Below, in pieces: positions 20,647 through 30,706 of a DNA stretch of 64,000 bases. Every line of letters starts with the position of its first letter. Position 1 is the first letter of the stretch. Made by a program: the position numbers and the translations under genes. The DNA is from an uncultured Chloroflexia bacterium. GTDB lineage: Bacteria; Chloroflexota; Limnocylindria; Limnocylindrales; CSP1-4. The stretch lies in assembly GCA_963828165.1 (NCBI GenBank), contig CAWHDR010000001.1:2839511-2903510 (forward strand), read 5' to 3'. Below the pieces are notes generated by a model, which saw only the letters and a program-made list of their open reading frames with translations, was not told the DNA's origin and made no database searches.

Positions 20647-21528
20647 ATGCCTCGGCTGCAGCGCAAAGCCATCGCGACGCCGGGGCCCTCGAGCTCGTGG
20701 TCGCCGCGGCTGAAGCGGGAGCCGGGCGGCGGGGCGACTCCCGCCGCGGAGCTCTGGCAGACCTACAGCCACCACGCGGCCCGGATCTTCGGGTCCGGCC
20801 CCTCCCCGACGACGGTATTCGGCGAGCGCTCGTTCTTCGTCGCTTCAGGCGCTCCGCATGTCGATCTCAACCAGGCGGCCCTCTACGGCGACGCCGGGGC
20901 TGCCGACGCCATCGAGATCGGTCGCCTGGCGGTCAAGTCCGACGATCCCGTGCTCCTGGCACGCTCCGCTGAGGTGACCGCCGAGCTCGAGGAACCACTC
21001 GAACAGGCCGGCTTCACCCGGCTTCCGACCGCCGAACATCTCTTCTGCATGCCGGGCACGCCACCGCGGTCCGGTCTCGCGCCCTTCGACGTCAGGCGGA
21101 TGACGTCGCCCGCGGACGTGGCAGCGATGCAGGCGATGTTCGCCGACGTCCACGACTACGGGCCCGGATTGACCGGTGCGCTGTTCGGCACGCTCGACCC
21201 CGCAGACGACGGCCTGTCGTGCTGGATCGCCTGGGACGGCAACGAGGCCGTCAGTCTCGCCTTCGTCACGCACGAGCCGTCGACCCTGGGGCTGTGGGAG
21301 GTCATGACTCCCCAGCGTCACCGTCGTCGGGGTGCTGCGCGAACGGTCGTCGTCACCGCCCTGGACGAGGTGGCGCAACTCGTCGGAGGCGTCGAGCGAT
21401 CGCTGTTTTGGTCCTCGCCCGCCGGTCGACCGCTCTACGACTCCCTCGGGTTCGAGATCGCGGACACCGTGGAGGTCTGGGTCCGCGGAGCCAGCGAGGC
21501 TGACCTCGCCGCCGTCGGAGCCGGCTGA
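20647..21528 (+). CDS. GNAT-family acetyltransferase-like protein
   Basis: VMTPQRHRRRGAA acetyl-CoA loop and GRPLYDSLGF. Confidence 0.75.
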   Translation: MPRLQRKAIATPGPSSSWSPRLKREPGGGATPAAELWQTYSHHAARIFGSGPSPTTVFGERSFFVASGAPHVDLNQAALYGDAGAADAIEIGRLAVKSDDPVLLARSAEVTAELEEPLEQAGFTRLPTAEHLFCMPGTPPRSGLAPFDVRRMTSPADVAAMQAMFADVHDYGPGLTGALFGTLDPADDGLSCWIAWDGNEAVSLAFVTHEPSTLGLWEVMTPQRHRRRGAARTVVVTALDEVAQLVGGVERSLFWSSPAGRPLYDSLGFEIADTVEVWVRGASEADLAAVGAG

Positions 21529-21600
21529 GCAGTGCCGATGAGTTTCTGCATGGCCGATGGTCTAACCATCATGGAACCCGACCCGAAGGAGCGATGACTC

Positions 21601-22212
21601 ATGAAGCTGACCGCATCGATGATGCTGACCGTGGACGGCGTGTACCAGGGTCCCGGCGGCCCCGACGAGGACCGGCGCGACGGATTCGAGCGCGGCGGAT
21701 GGATCGCCGCACACGCCGACGAGGAGACCGGGAGTTTCCTGAAGGCGTGGTTCGAGCGCGCGGATGCGTTGCTGCTCGGGCGCCGGACCTGGGAGATCTT
21801 CGAACGGTATTGGCCGCACCACGACGGGGGCGAGGGCGATCCGGTCTCGCACGGCATCAACGTCTTGCCCAAGTACGTGCCGTCGACCACGCTCAAGGAT
21901 CCGGGCTGGAACACGCACGTGATCGATGGCGACGTCGAGGCGGCGATCCGCGAGCTCAAAGCGAAGCCCGGGCGCGACCTCCAGGTCCACGGCAGCGGCG
22001 AGCTGCTCCGTTGGCTGCTCGAGCGCGACCTCGTCGACGAGCTCAACCTGCGGATCAGCCCCGTGGTGGTGGGCGACGGCCGGCGGCTCTTCCCGGAGCG
22101 CGGCCCGACGCACGACCTGGAACTGGTCGAATCGCGGTCGACGCCGTCCGGTGTGATGCTCCAGACCTACCGACCGGCCGGCCGGGCGACCTTCGGCAAC
22201 GCCGACGAGTGA
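21601..22212 (+). CDS. Dihydrofolate reductase / RibD C-terminal family protein
   Basis: LTVDGVYQGPG, LLLGRRTW, HGSGEL and PVVVGDGRRLF. Confidence 0.9.
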   Translation: MKLTASMMLTVDGVYQGPGGPDEDRRDGFERGGWIAAHADEETGSFLKAWFERADALLLGRRTWEIFERYWPHHDGGEGDPVSHGINVLPKYVPSTTLKDPGWNTHVIDGDVEAAIRELKAKPGRDLQVHGSGELLRWLLERDLVDELNLRISPVVVGDGRRLFPERGPTHDLELVESRSTPSGVMLQTYRPAGRATFGNADE

Positions 22213-22312
22213 CCTCCTAGGGCTGCGTTGGTGCCGAACGGGCTCGGCACGTGCGCCACCAACGGTTCAGAATTCATGCCCCGGAACAAGTCGGAACCAG
22301 GAGGTACCACCG

Positions 22313-24019
22313 ATGCGATCCCAAGGCAGGCGCGCGCTCGCCGCGCTCACCGCGACTCTCATGCTAGCCATCCCGACAGCGTCTGTTGGCGCGGGAGACA
22401 CGGCCGACTATGTCGTCGTCGCCGAGCAGGGCGCGTCCAGCTCGGCCGTCAAAGCGGCGGTCAAAGCGGCCGGCGGCAAAGTGACCGGCCAGAACGCTGC
22501 GATCGACACATACTCGGTGACTGCACCGGCCGCCGGCTTCATCTTGGAAGTCAGCGCGTCCGGCGCGGTCGACTCGGCGGCTCATGCGAAGCCGATCGGT
22601 TCCGTTCCCGGCGCCGAACCCGTGAAGGAGCTCGTCCCGGACGCCGAAGCCATCGCGGCCACCAACGCCAGCGGCAAAGCGCAGGGCAAGAAGCCAGGCG
22701 GCGGAACCACGGCCGGCCTGGACCCGCTCGACGGCGATCAGTGGGGCCTCGAGATGGTCCGCTCCGACCTCGCCCGTGCGGTCAACGCGGGCGACCCCCG
22801 CGTCCTGGTCGGGATCCTCGATTCAGGGATCGACTTCAGCCATCCCGACCTCGCCAGCCAGATGGTGCTGAGCCTCTCGCGCAACTTCGCCCCGGACAAG
22901 CCGGACATCGACGGGCCGTGCGAGGTTGCGAGCTGCCTCGATCCGGTGGGCACCGACGACAACGGTCACGGCACCCACGTCGCCGGGATCGTGGCCGCGG
23001 CGGTGAACGGCCTCGGCATCTCGGGCGTCGCGCCCGGAGTCCGGCTGGTCCAGCTGAAGGGCGGCCAGGACAGCGGCTTCGTCTTCCTCGAGCCGGTGAC
23101 CAGCGCGCTGACCTACGCGGCCGACAACGGCATCGACGTCGTCAACATGTCCTTCTACGTCGACCCGTGGCTCTACAACTGCCAGAACAACCCGGCCGAC
23201 TCCCCGGAGGCGCAGGCGGAGCAGCGCGCCATCGTGACCGCGCTGTCGCGTGCGCTGGACTACGCCCACGGCAAGAACGTGACGCTCATCAACTCGCTGG
23301 GCAACAACCACGAGGACCTCGGCCACCCGAGGACCGACCTCAGCAGCCCGGACTACCCGGCGGGCGCGAACTACCCACGGACGATCGATAACAACACGTG
23401 CCTTAACCTCCCGGTCGAGGGGCCGCACGTCATCGGCGTGTCGGCGCTCGGGCCGTCGACGGCCAAAGCCGACTACTCGAACTACGGGATCGAGCAGATC
23501 TCGGTCTCGGCGCCGGGCGGCTGGTTCCGGGACCTCCTCGGGACGCCAGCACACCGGACGAACCCGAACCTGATCCTCTCGACCTGGTCTCGCGCTGCAG
23601 CTCTTGCCGCCAACTGGATCGACCCAGTGACGGGCGAGCTCACCCCGGCCGGGCAGGCCGCCGCCATGGTCAGGAGCTGCGTCGACGGTGTCTGCGGCTA
23701 CTACCGCTACATCCAGGGCACCTCGATGGCGGCGCCTCACGCCACCGGCGTGGCCGCGCTGATCGTCAGCCGCTTCGGGATCAAGGACAACAAGCTGGGC
23801 GGCCTCCGGCTGTTCCCGCACAAGACCGAGTTCGTCCTGCTCGAGACGGCAGCCGAGCACGCCTGTCCGACCCCACCGCTTCGGGACTACGGGCCCGAAG
23901 GCCGGCCGGATGAGTTCGATGCGCTCTGCGAGGGCGACCTGGAATTCAATGGCTTCTACGGTTACGGCATCGTCGATGCCTACGCCGCGGTGACGGAAAA
24001 GCTCGAGCTACCCGACTGA
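22313..24019 (+). CDS. Secreted S8 subtilase
   Basis: Signal peptide and catalytic triad motifs ILDSG, GHGTHVAG and GTSMAAPH. Confidence 0.93.
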   Translation: MRSQGRRALAALTATLMLAIPTASVGAGDTADYVVVAEQGASSSAVKAAVKAAGGKVTGQNAAIDTYSVTAPAAGFILEVSASGAVDSAAHAKPIGSVPGAEPVKELVPDAEAIAATNASGKAQGKKPGGGTTAGLDPLDGDQWGLEMVRSDLARAVNAGDPRVLVGILDSGIDFSHPDLASQMVLSLSRNFAPDKPDIDGPCEVASCLDPVGTDDNGHGTHVAGIVAAAVNGLGISGVAPGVRLVQLKGGQDSGFVFLEPVTSALTYAADNGIDVVNMSFYVDPWLYNCQNNPADSPEAQAEQRAIVTALSRALDYAHGKNVTLINSLGNNHEDLGHPRTDLSSPDYPAGANYPRTIDNNTCLNLPVEGPHVIGVSALGPSTAKADYSNYGIEQISVSAPGGWFRDLLGTPAHRTNPNLILSTWSRAAALAANWIDPVTGELTPAGQAAAMVRSCVDGVCGYYRYIQGTSMAAPHATGVAALIVSRFGIKDNKLGGLRLFPHKTEFVLLETAAEHACPTPPLRDYGPEGRPDEFDALCEGDLEFNGFYGYGIVDAYAAVTEKLELPD

Positions 24020-24037
24020 CCCTCAAGCCACTCGACA

Positions 24038-24069
24038 GCCGGCGGTCCCCTCGGGGCCCGCCGGCGTTT
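24038..24069 (+). terminator. Intrinsic terminator
   Basis: GCCGGCGG-T-CCCC-TC-GGGG-C-CCGCCGGC followed by GTTT. Confidence 0.65.
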
Positions 24070-24089
24070 CCGATTCCGGACCGCCTCGT

Positions 24090-24506
24090 TCAGCGGAGCG
24101 GCTTGAGTCGGGCGATCGGGATGACTCGGTCGGTCTTTGACGGGTACTCGGCGAACTGTGCATGTTCCGCCACGTGCCGGTTCCACAGGGCGTCGCGGTC
24201 GGCCCCTTCCGCGACCGTCGCGTTGGCTTGGAACTTCTGGCCCTCGGCCTCGATCGTCACGACCGGGTTTTCGACGAGGTTCCCGAACCACGCCGGATCC
24301 TCGGGCGCCCCGCTCTTCGATCCGACCACGACGTAGTCGTCACCATCGCGCGAGAAGGTCACGACGGCCTCTCTCGGTTCGCCGGTCTTCGCCCCGGTCG
24401 TCGTGAGGACCATCACGGCCTGCCCCTCCAAGTAGCCACTCGTGGGGCGGCCGTTGGCGCGGATGTCGGCGATCAGGGTCTTCGTCCAGTCGGCGTAGTC
24501 GGTCAA
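24090..24506 (-). CDS. Deazaflavin (F420)-dependent nitroreductase family protein
   Basis: LTTTGAKTGEPR, GSKSGAPEDPAWFGNL and TDRVIP. Confidence 0.88.
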   Translation of the reverse strand: MTDYADWTKTLIADIRANGRPTSGYLEGQAVMVLTTTGAKTGEPREAVVTFSRDGDDYVVVGSKSGAPEDPAWFGNLVENPVVTIEAEGQKFQANATVAEGADRDALWNRHVAEHAQFAEYPSKTDRVIPIARLKPLR

Positions 24507-24558
24507 GGGGGACCTCCGGCTCAGGCGGCGCTCGGTTGTCTACGCAACCATCCCACAC

Positions 24559-25026
24559 TCATCGCTGCGGGCGCTCGTAGCGGTCATTGGCTGCCAGTTC
24601 ATGCGCCTCGCGTTCAGCGGTCCTGCCGAACTTCTCGAGCTCGCCCCGGAAGCTGCCCTCGTAGGAGCCGCGCGAGAAGACCCACGACGAGATCGCAGAG
24701 ATCCGTCCGATCGTCTCGAACTCCTGGGTGACGCGCGTCCCGGCGCCGTCCGGCGCGAACGTCGCGCTCGACTTGCCACGCAGGACCCAACTGCCGAACC
24801 GAGTGGCGAAGCGGCGGGGCCACTCGACTTCGAGGACCTCGGTCGGGCTCTTGACCGGTCCGAAACGGACAACGTAGGTCGTGCCGACGCGATCCACTGG
24901 GCCGGAGATGTCCGTCACTCCGGTGACGCCACCGACCCATTCGCCCATGCGCCCGAGATTCGTCCACAAGGCGAACACCAACTCCGGCGGCGCGTCGACA
25001 TGGATGCTGAACACGTAGTGAGCCAC
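24559..25026 (-). CDS. SRPBCC family protein
   Basis: SIHVDAPPELVFALW N-terminus. TATGCT-N6-GTG start. Confidence 0.8.
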   Translation of the reverse strand: MAHYVFSIHVDAPPELVFALWTNLGRMGEWVGGVTGVTDISGPVDRVGTTYVVRFGPVKSPTEVLEVEWPRRFATRFGSWVLRGKSSATFAPDGAGTRVTQEFETIGRISAISSWVFSRGSYEGSFRGELEKFGRTAEREAHELAANDRYERPQR

Positions 25027-25141
25027 CCGCGGAGCATATCGACACGACTTGACCCCCGCGCGGACGGGCACTTCAGTACGCGCGCCGCCAAGCGGCGATA
25101 CTGGTACGTACACCGGATCTAGCGCTCAGGGGAGGCATGTC

Positions 25142-25591
25142 ATGGCCAATCTCGTCGTTCACTTCGAGATCCACGCGTCGGAGCCGCAAAAGGTCATCGA
25201 CTTCTACTCGAACCTCCTCGGCTGGACCTTCCAGGACTACGGCGGCGGCGAGCAGCCGTACTGGGTCATCGATACCGGCGAGGGCGCGATCGGCAACGCC
25301 GCCGGTCAACCCGGGCTCGGCATCAACGGCGGTCTGACCCAGCGCGGGGGTCCGCGTCCGGACGTCGGCGCCCCGGTCAACGGCTGCAACATCGTCATCG
25401 GCGTCGAGGACGTCGACGGGCTCATGCGCCGCGGCATCGAGCTCGGCGGGACCGAGGCGCTGCCGGCGACCGACTGGCCCGGCATCGGTCGCGGTGGCTA
25501 CCTGCTCGATCCCGACGGCAACGTCTTCGGCCTCCTCTCGCCCGTCCTCTCCGACGGCACAGTCGCCATGGGAGCCGGCGCAGAGGCATAG
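25142..25591 (+). CDS. VOC/glyoxalase family protein
   Basis: VVHFEIHASEP...FYSNLLGW...DPDGNVFGL. Confidence 0.88.
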   Translation: MANLVVHFEIHASEPQKVIDFYSNLLGWTFQDYGGGEQPYWVIDTGEGAIGNAAGQPGLGINGGLTQRGGPRPDVGAPVNGCNIVIGVEDVDGLMRRGIELGGTEALPATDWPGIGRGGYLLDPDGNVFGLLSPVLSDGTVAMGAGAEA

Positions 25592-25611
25592 CCAGGTCAG
25601 GCGATCCGGGG

Positions 25612-26203
25612 CTACTGGCTCGCGGTTTGAGCGGGGCGATCTGCTGTACGACTTCGACCGGCCTCCATGCGCTCGAGGAGCGCCAGCGTCGTCTGCCAAC
25701 TGCGGATGGTCATCGACTTGTAGGGGGGCGTCCCGACGATCTTGCCGAGCCGGCTTTTCGTCCGTTGCGGCGCTCAGCCGCTGCGAGTAGATCACGCCCG
25801 GGCCCGGCCACACCTCGTCAACGCCCGGCCGCGGGTCGAAGACCTTCATCGCCGTTCGCGCGTCGATTCCCATCAGGAAGACAGCGTCGCTGTGGTACGT
25901 CCCCGGATGGTCACCGAAACCCTTCGGCCGCTTCCGGACGACGGCGCGTAGCTGAGCACGCGTCAGGACCAGCACCGCGATCAGCTCGCTGTCGAGCTTG
26001 AAGGCCCTGGGAAGCGCTTGCTCGAGCTCTCGCTTGATCGCGGCAGCGGTCCGATCGGAGCTCAGGATCACGTTGCCGCTGGCGATGTAGGTGGAGACCT
26101 CGGTGTGTCCGAGCGACTCCAGCAGCTCGCGCAGCGCCGCCATCGGCACCTTGTTCCGGCCGCCGACGTTGATGCCGCGCAGGAGGACGGCGTATCGGGT
26201 CAT
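25612..26203 (-). CDS. DUF1697 family protein (one frameshift near 25770)
   Basis: MTRYAVLLRGINVGG...TYIASGNV, with the C-terminal MTIRSWQT in a shifted frame. Confidence 0.85.
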
Positions 26204-26216
26204 GTGGGCAGCCGTC

Positions 26217-26285
26217 TCACAGATGCGGCGCGACTCCCTCGCCGAGTTGCTGCATGACCACGACCTGGCGTCGTAGTGGAGCAGC
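26217..26285 (-). pseudogene. 3' stump of an LLM oxidoreductase
   Basis: Encodes LLHYDA/QVVVMQQLGEGVAPHL*, nearly the same as the end of the 35704-36720 gene (LLEYDAQVEVMEQLAEGVAPHL*). Confidence 0.75.
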
Positions 26286-26335
26286 GCCCGAAACCAGCGA
26301 GGTGCCAGTCGCGCCCCGCCGGCCGCAGCGGAACC

Positions 26336-26824
26336 TCAATCTTCACGCGTATACGTGCCGGCAACGCCACCGAGACGCTTCCGGATCCCGTGTAGTCCGC
26401 TGCGCATGACCGAGTGATGATTGAGCCGGAAGATGGCGTCGACGAAGGGCAGGGGAGCGAACAGGTTCATCCATCGCCGGGTGGTCCGGATCGCCCAGAC
26501 GTAGCGAACGACCGTCGTCGAGCCGTCCTCGTGCAGCGACCATTCGCCGACGCCCTGGAGCTCTCCGGTCGCGTCACCGACGATCGACGTGGGGACCTCC
26601 CGGCGCGCCACGCGCATGTCGAACTGCAACCGGTACGGCAGCTTCCCGACGAAGGTCATCCGATACAGGGCACCCGTGCCATCCGCATCGGCGTCCTCGA
26701 GTCGCTCCACGGCCTTGACCATCGGCCACCACTCCGGCCACGCCTCTGCCGCGTCGATCTCGGCGAAGACACGGTCGATGGGCGCCTCCAGGCGCCAGAC
26801 CGTCACGAACCGATACGCCGACAT
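26336..26824 (-). CDS. SRPBCC/polyketide cyclase family protein
   Basis: YRFVTVWRLEAPIDRVF...WPEWWP...NHHSVMRSG. Confidence 0.82.
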   Translation of the reverse strand: MSAYRFVTVWRLEAPIDRVFAEIDAAEAWPEWWPMVKAVERLEDADADGTGALYRMTFVGKLPYRLQFDMRVARREVPTSIVGDATGELQGVGEWSLHEDGSTTVVRYVWAIRTTRRWMNLFAPLPFVDAIFRLNHHSVMRSGLHGIRKRLGGVAGTYTRED

Positions 26825-26950
26825 CAGCTCTCCCTCTGATACGTAGGTCGGCATCGTATGACGGCGGGTGCCGTCACGCGGCGATCACCAGGCGCGGCCG
26901 GTCGGCCGATCCGGGCAATCGTTCAGATCGACCCGTATCCTTGCCCCGCA

Positions 26951-27785
26951 ATGAAGGATGTACTTGCACGTCACGCGGTACGGGTGAGTGGTGATCCCGA
27001 CCGCTCAGCCGATGCTTTTCGCCCATGGTTTCGGCTGCGACCAGACGCTCTGGCGGTTCGTTGCCCCCGCGTTCGCCGACGGCTTCCGTGTCATCACCTT
27101 CGACTACGTCGGCGCTGGTGGGTCGGACCGGAAGTCATACGACCAGGAGCGATACGCCAGCCTGGACGGCTACGCCGAGGACGTGCTGGAGATCTGCCGG
27201 GCGCTGGACCTCGAAGACGTGGTGCTGGTAGGGCACTCGGTCAGCGCGATGATCGCCGTCCTCGCATCCATCGCGGAGCCCGCTCGGTTCAGCGATCTCA
27301 TCCTCATCGCGCCGTCACCGCGGTACCTGGACGACCCACCCGCCTACCGGGGCGGATTCACCCGACCAGACATCGACGGACTCCTGCAGATGCTCGACGC
27401 CAACGCGACGGGCTGGGCGGCCTTCCTGGCGCCGATCGTGATGGCGAATCCGGAGCGACCAGAGCTCACGGCAGATCTCGAGGCCACGTTCTGCTCCATC
27501 GACCCCGTCATGGCGCGGCAGTTCGCGGAGGTCACGTTCCTGGCGGACAATCGGGTCGACTTGCCCAACGTGACGACGCCGTCGTTGATCGTCCAGTGCG
27601 CTCACGACGCGGTCGCCCCGATGGAGGTCGGCGCGTACATGGAGCGCCACCTGCCTGGAAGCACGTTGTCCGTCATCGACGCCACCGGTCACTGTCCCCA
27701 CGTCAGCCATCCCGAGGCAACGATCGCGGCGATGCGGGACTACCTTGACGCACGACAAGGTCACCGCGGGCTCGCCCATCCGTGA
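26951..27785 (+). CDS. rsbQ: RsbQ/KAI2-like alpha/beta hydrolase (frameshift near 27000)
   Basis: MKDVLARHAVRVSG + FAHGFGCDQ, GHSVSAMI, PSPRYL and GHCPHVSHP. Confidence 0.85.
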
Positions 27786-28963
27786 ACCTCGGATCGGATG
27801 CACTGCCAGCTGGCGTGATCCACCTGTCCAGCGACTTGCGCATCCTCGCCGCGAACCGCGAAATGGGCGCGTTGACCGCTCGGAACACGGGCGAACTCAT
27901 CGGGGAGCTACTCGACGTGCTGCTCTCCGCACCTTCGCGGATCCTCTTCCAGACCCACGTCTATCCCGCCCTGAAGGCCGACGGCCGCGTCGAGGAAGTG
28001 TTTCTCACCCTCGCATCGTCCACCGGTGATCACGTCCCGGTCCTGTTGAATGCCGTTCGTTCCTCGGGATCCGAGGAGCCCGCATATGTAGCCGTGCTGG
28101 TGCGGGTCCGCGCGAGGTCTCGGTGGGAGGCGGATCTCCTCGCTGCGACGCGAGCGCTCGAAGGCGAGCGGGCCGCCAGCCAGCGACTCGCCGAAGAACT
28201 GGCCGCGACGGCCGCGGATCTGCGCGTCCGACACGCCGAGGAGCAGCGGAACCGCGAGTTCCGCGATGCGTTCATCGGGGTCGTCAGCCATGAGCTTCGT
28301 ACGCCGATCACGACGATCTACGGGATGAGCCATCTCCTTCGCGAACGCCATGCGTCCATGACCCCCGAGGCCTTGGCCGACCAGCTCGGCGACATCGAAG
28401 CGGAGTCCGATCGGCTGCGCCGCCTGACGGAGGACCTGCTCGTCCTGAGCCGCGCCGAGGGTGGCCGGCTGGAGATGGCGGCGGAGCCGATCGTCATGCG
28501 CAACGTCGTGCAGGCCGCCGTCGAGAGCGAACGCGCCCGATCCACGACGCACCATTTCACCGTGGACGCACCCGCCGGACTGCCGATCGTCCTGGGCGAG
28601 GATGTGTACGTCGGGCAGGTCGTCACGAACTTCCTCAGCAACGCCGTGAAGTACAGCCCACCTGGTACGACGATCCGTGTCGCCCTGTCGAGCGAGGCGG
28701 GAGGGATCGCCGTGCGCGTGACCGATGCGGGTCGGGGGCTCCCGCCCCAGTCGCCGGAACGGCTGTTCGACCTGTTTTACCGAGCGCCGGATGTCGTCGG
28801 CCAGGCGCCCGGCGCCGGCATCGGGCTGTTCGTCTGTCGCGCGCTCATCCAGGCGATGGGCGGGCGCGTCTGGGCGGCGGCCGCCTCTCCGCCGGCCGAA
28901 AGCGGTGCCGAGTTCGGGTTCTGGCTTCCCGCGGCGGCGGAGGACGGTGCGGACGAAGATTGA
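27782..28963 (+). CDS. PAS-domain sensor histidine kinase
   Basis: RsbP-like PAS (RILFQTHVYPAL), SHELRTP, NFLSNAVKYS and GAGIGL. GTGA overlap with the rsbQ-like gene. Confidence 0.9.
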   Translation: MNLGSDALPAGVIHLSSDLRILAANREMGALTARNTGELIGELLDVLLSAPSRILFQTHVYPALKADGRVEEVFLTLASSTGDHVPVLLNAVRSSGSEEPAYVAVLVRVRARSRWEADLLAATRALEGERAASQRLAEELAATAADLRVRHAEEQRNREFRDAFIGVVSHELRTPITTIYGMSHLLRERHASMTPEALADQLGDIEAESDRLRRLTEDLLVLSRAEGGRLEMAAEPIVMRNVVQAAVESERARSTTHHFTVDAPAGLPIVLGEDVYVGQVVTNFLSNAVKYSPPGTTIRVALSSEAGGIAVRVTDAGRGLPPQSPERLFDLFYRAPDVVGQAPGAGIGLFVCRALIQAMGGRVWAAAASPPAESGAEFGFWLPAAAEDGADED

Positions 28964-29177
28964 CCACGACCACGCGTTCGAGGACCACGTCGGCGAGTCT
29001 CGGCGCATCGATCTCCAGCAGACGTTCTACGAGCCGGCGCACGACGGGACGATGCGCCTCGAGCCCGACCGACCGGCGGCTCCGTTCTCCACGAACGGCG
29101 TCGACGGCGCAGCCGCCGTCTCGGCCAGCGACCATACTGCGGTCCAACCCCGCCCCGAACATGCCCCGAGGGGAGCG

Positions 29178-30569
29178 ATGGCCGACACGCCTGCCTCACT
29201 TGCTCCACGCGACCTCGATCAGCTGCGCCGAGCGTGCGGCGAAGTCATCACGCCCGACCATGCGACGTACGACGACGCGCGCCGACTCTGGAACGCGATC
29301 CACGATCGTCGCCCCGCCGCCATCGTCCGGCCGACCTCAGCCACGAACGTCGCAGCGGCGGTCCACTTCGCTCGCGACCACGACCTCGAGATCGTGGTCC
29401 GATCGGGTGGTCATAGCGCCGCTGGACTCAAGGGTGCCGACGGCTGTCTCGTCGTGGACCTCTCGGAGATGCGCGGGGTCGAGGTCGACCCTCGGGCGCG
29501 CATCGCCAGGGTGAACGGCGGCGCACTCCTCGGCGAGCTCGACATCGCCGCCCAGGCCCATGGTCTCGTCTGCCCCACGGGCGTGGTGGGCCACACCGGC
29601 GTGGCCGGGCTCACCCTCGGGGGTGGAGTCGGCCGCCTCCAGCGGCACTTCGGCCTCACGATCGACAACGTGGCTGCCGTCGAGATCGTCACCGCCGACG
29701 GCCGGCTCGTCCGCGCGAGCGAGACGGACGAGCCCGAGCTCTTCTGGGGTCTGCGTGGCGCCGGTTGGAACTTCGGGATCGCGACCGCCTTCGAGTTCCG
29801 GCTCCAGCCGTTCGGACCCGACCTTCACCGGGGTGTACTCGCGTTCCCAGCGACCCACGTCCAGGACGTGTGGGCCGTCTTCCACGACTACGCGCTCGGT
29901 GCGCCGGATACGGTGTCGATGATCTTCGGGATCGATCGGGCGGGGCCGGACGCCGGCTACCCGGACGATCTGGTGGCCAAGCCGATCACCTACCTGGCCT
30001 GGAACCACAGCGGGTCGGCCGACGACGTCGACCGTGACACGGCAGGGCTTCGCGTGGGCCCGGCACCGGTCACCACCACGCTCGGGAGCGCGCCGTACCT
30101 GGAAGTCCAGACGGCGCACGACCTCGCGTTTGCGTGGGGCAGCCGGTCGTTCATCCGGAGCCACAACGCCCAGGACGTCCGTCACGAGGCCCTCGACGAG
30201 CTGGTGGAGCTCGTCGCGACGGCGCCGGGGGAGGGGACGTTCTCGGTAACCGCCCTGGGCGGAGCGATCGGCCGCGTCCCCGAGGACGCGACCGCCTATG
30301 CCGGTCGAGGGTCCGTCTTCGACCTCAGCGCGGACTCGAGCTGGACCGACCCGGCGCTCGACGAGGCCAACGCCGAGTGGTGCCGGCGGGCCATGGAGGT
30401 GGTCGAACCGGACCGAGCGCTCGGCGCCTACGCGAATGGCAACTCTGATGTCGGCCCAGACGAGTCGCGCAGGATCTACGGCGACGCGAAGCTCGCACGC
30501 CTTGCCGCGCTCAAGCGCGAGTGGGACCCCGACAACGCGTTCCACGTGAACACCAACGTGGCTCCGTAA
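29178..30569 (+). CDS. FAD-binding oxidoreductase (BBE/VAO family)
   Basis: RSGGHS covalent-FAD motif, GLTLGGG, FWGLRGAG and KREWDPDNAF. Confidence 0.9.
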   Translation: MADTPASLAPRDLDQLRRACGEVITPDHATYDDARRLWNAIHDRRPAAIVRPTSATNVAAAVHFARDHDLEIVVRSGGHSAAGLKGADGCLVVDLSEMRGVEVDPRARIARVNGGALLGELDIAAQAHGLVCPTGVVGHTGVAGLTLGGGVGRLQRHFGLTIDNVAAVEIVTADGRLVRASETDEPELFWGLRGAGWNFGIATAFEFRLQPFGPDLHRGVLAFPATHVQDVWAVFHDYALGAPDTVSMIFGIDRAGPDAGYPDDLVAKPITYLAWNHSGSADDVDRDTAGLRVGPAPVTTTLGSAPYLEVQTAHDLAFAWGSRSFIRSHNAQDVRHEALDELVELVATAPGEGTFSVTALGGAIGRVPEDATAYAGRGSVFDLSADSSWTDPALDEANAEWCRRAMEVVEPDRALGAYANGNSDVGPDESRRIYGDAKLARLAALKREWDPDNAFHVNTNVAP

Positions 30570-30706
30570 GACCGCCGATACCGGCTCCGCTCGCCCGATC
30601 GCTGCCTTGATGCCCGCGATCGGAGCGACGACGACGACCAGGTCCGGGGCATGATCCGCCCGGGACGCCATCCCTGAACATCGCGCGATGGCGGTACCAT
30701 CAAGTC

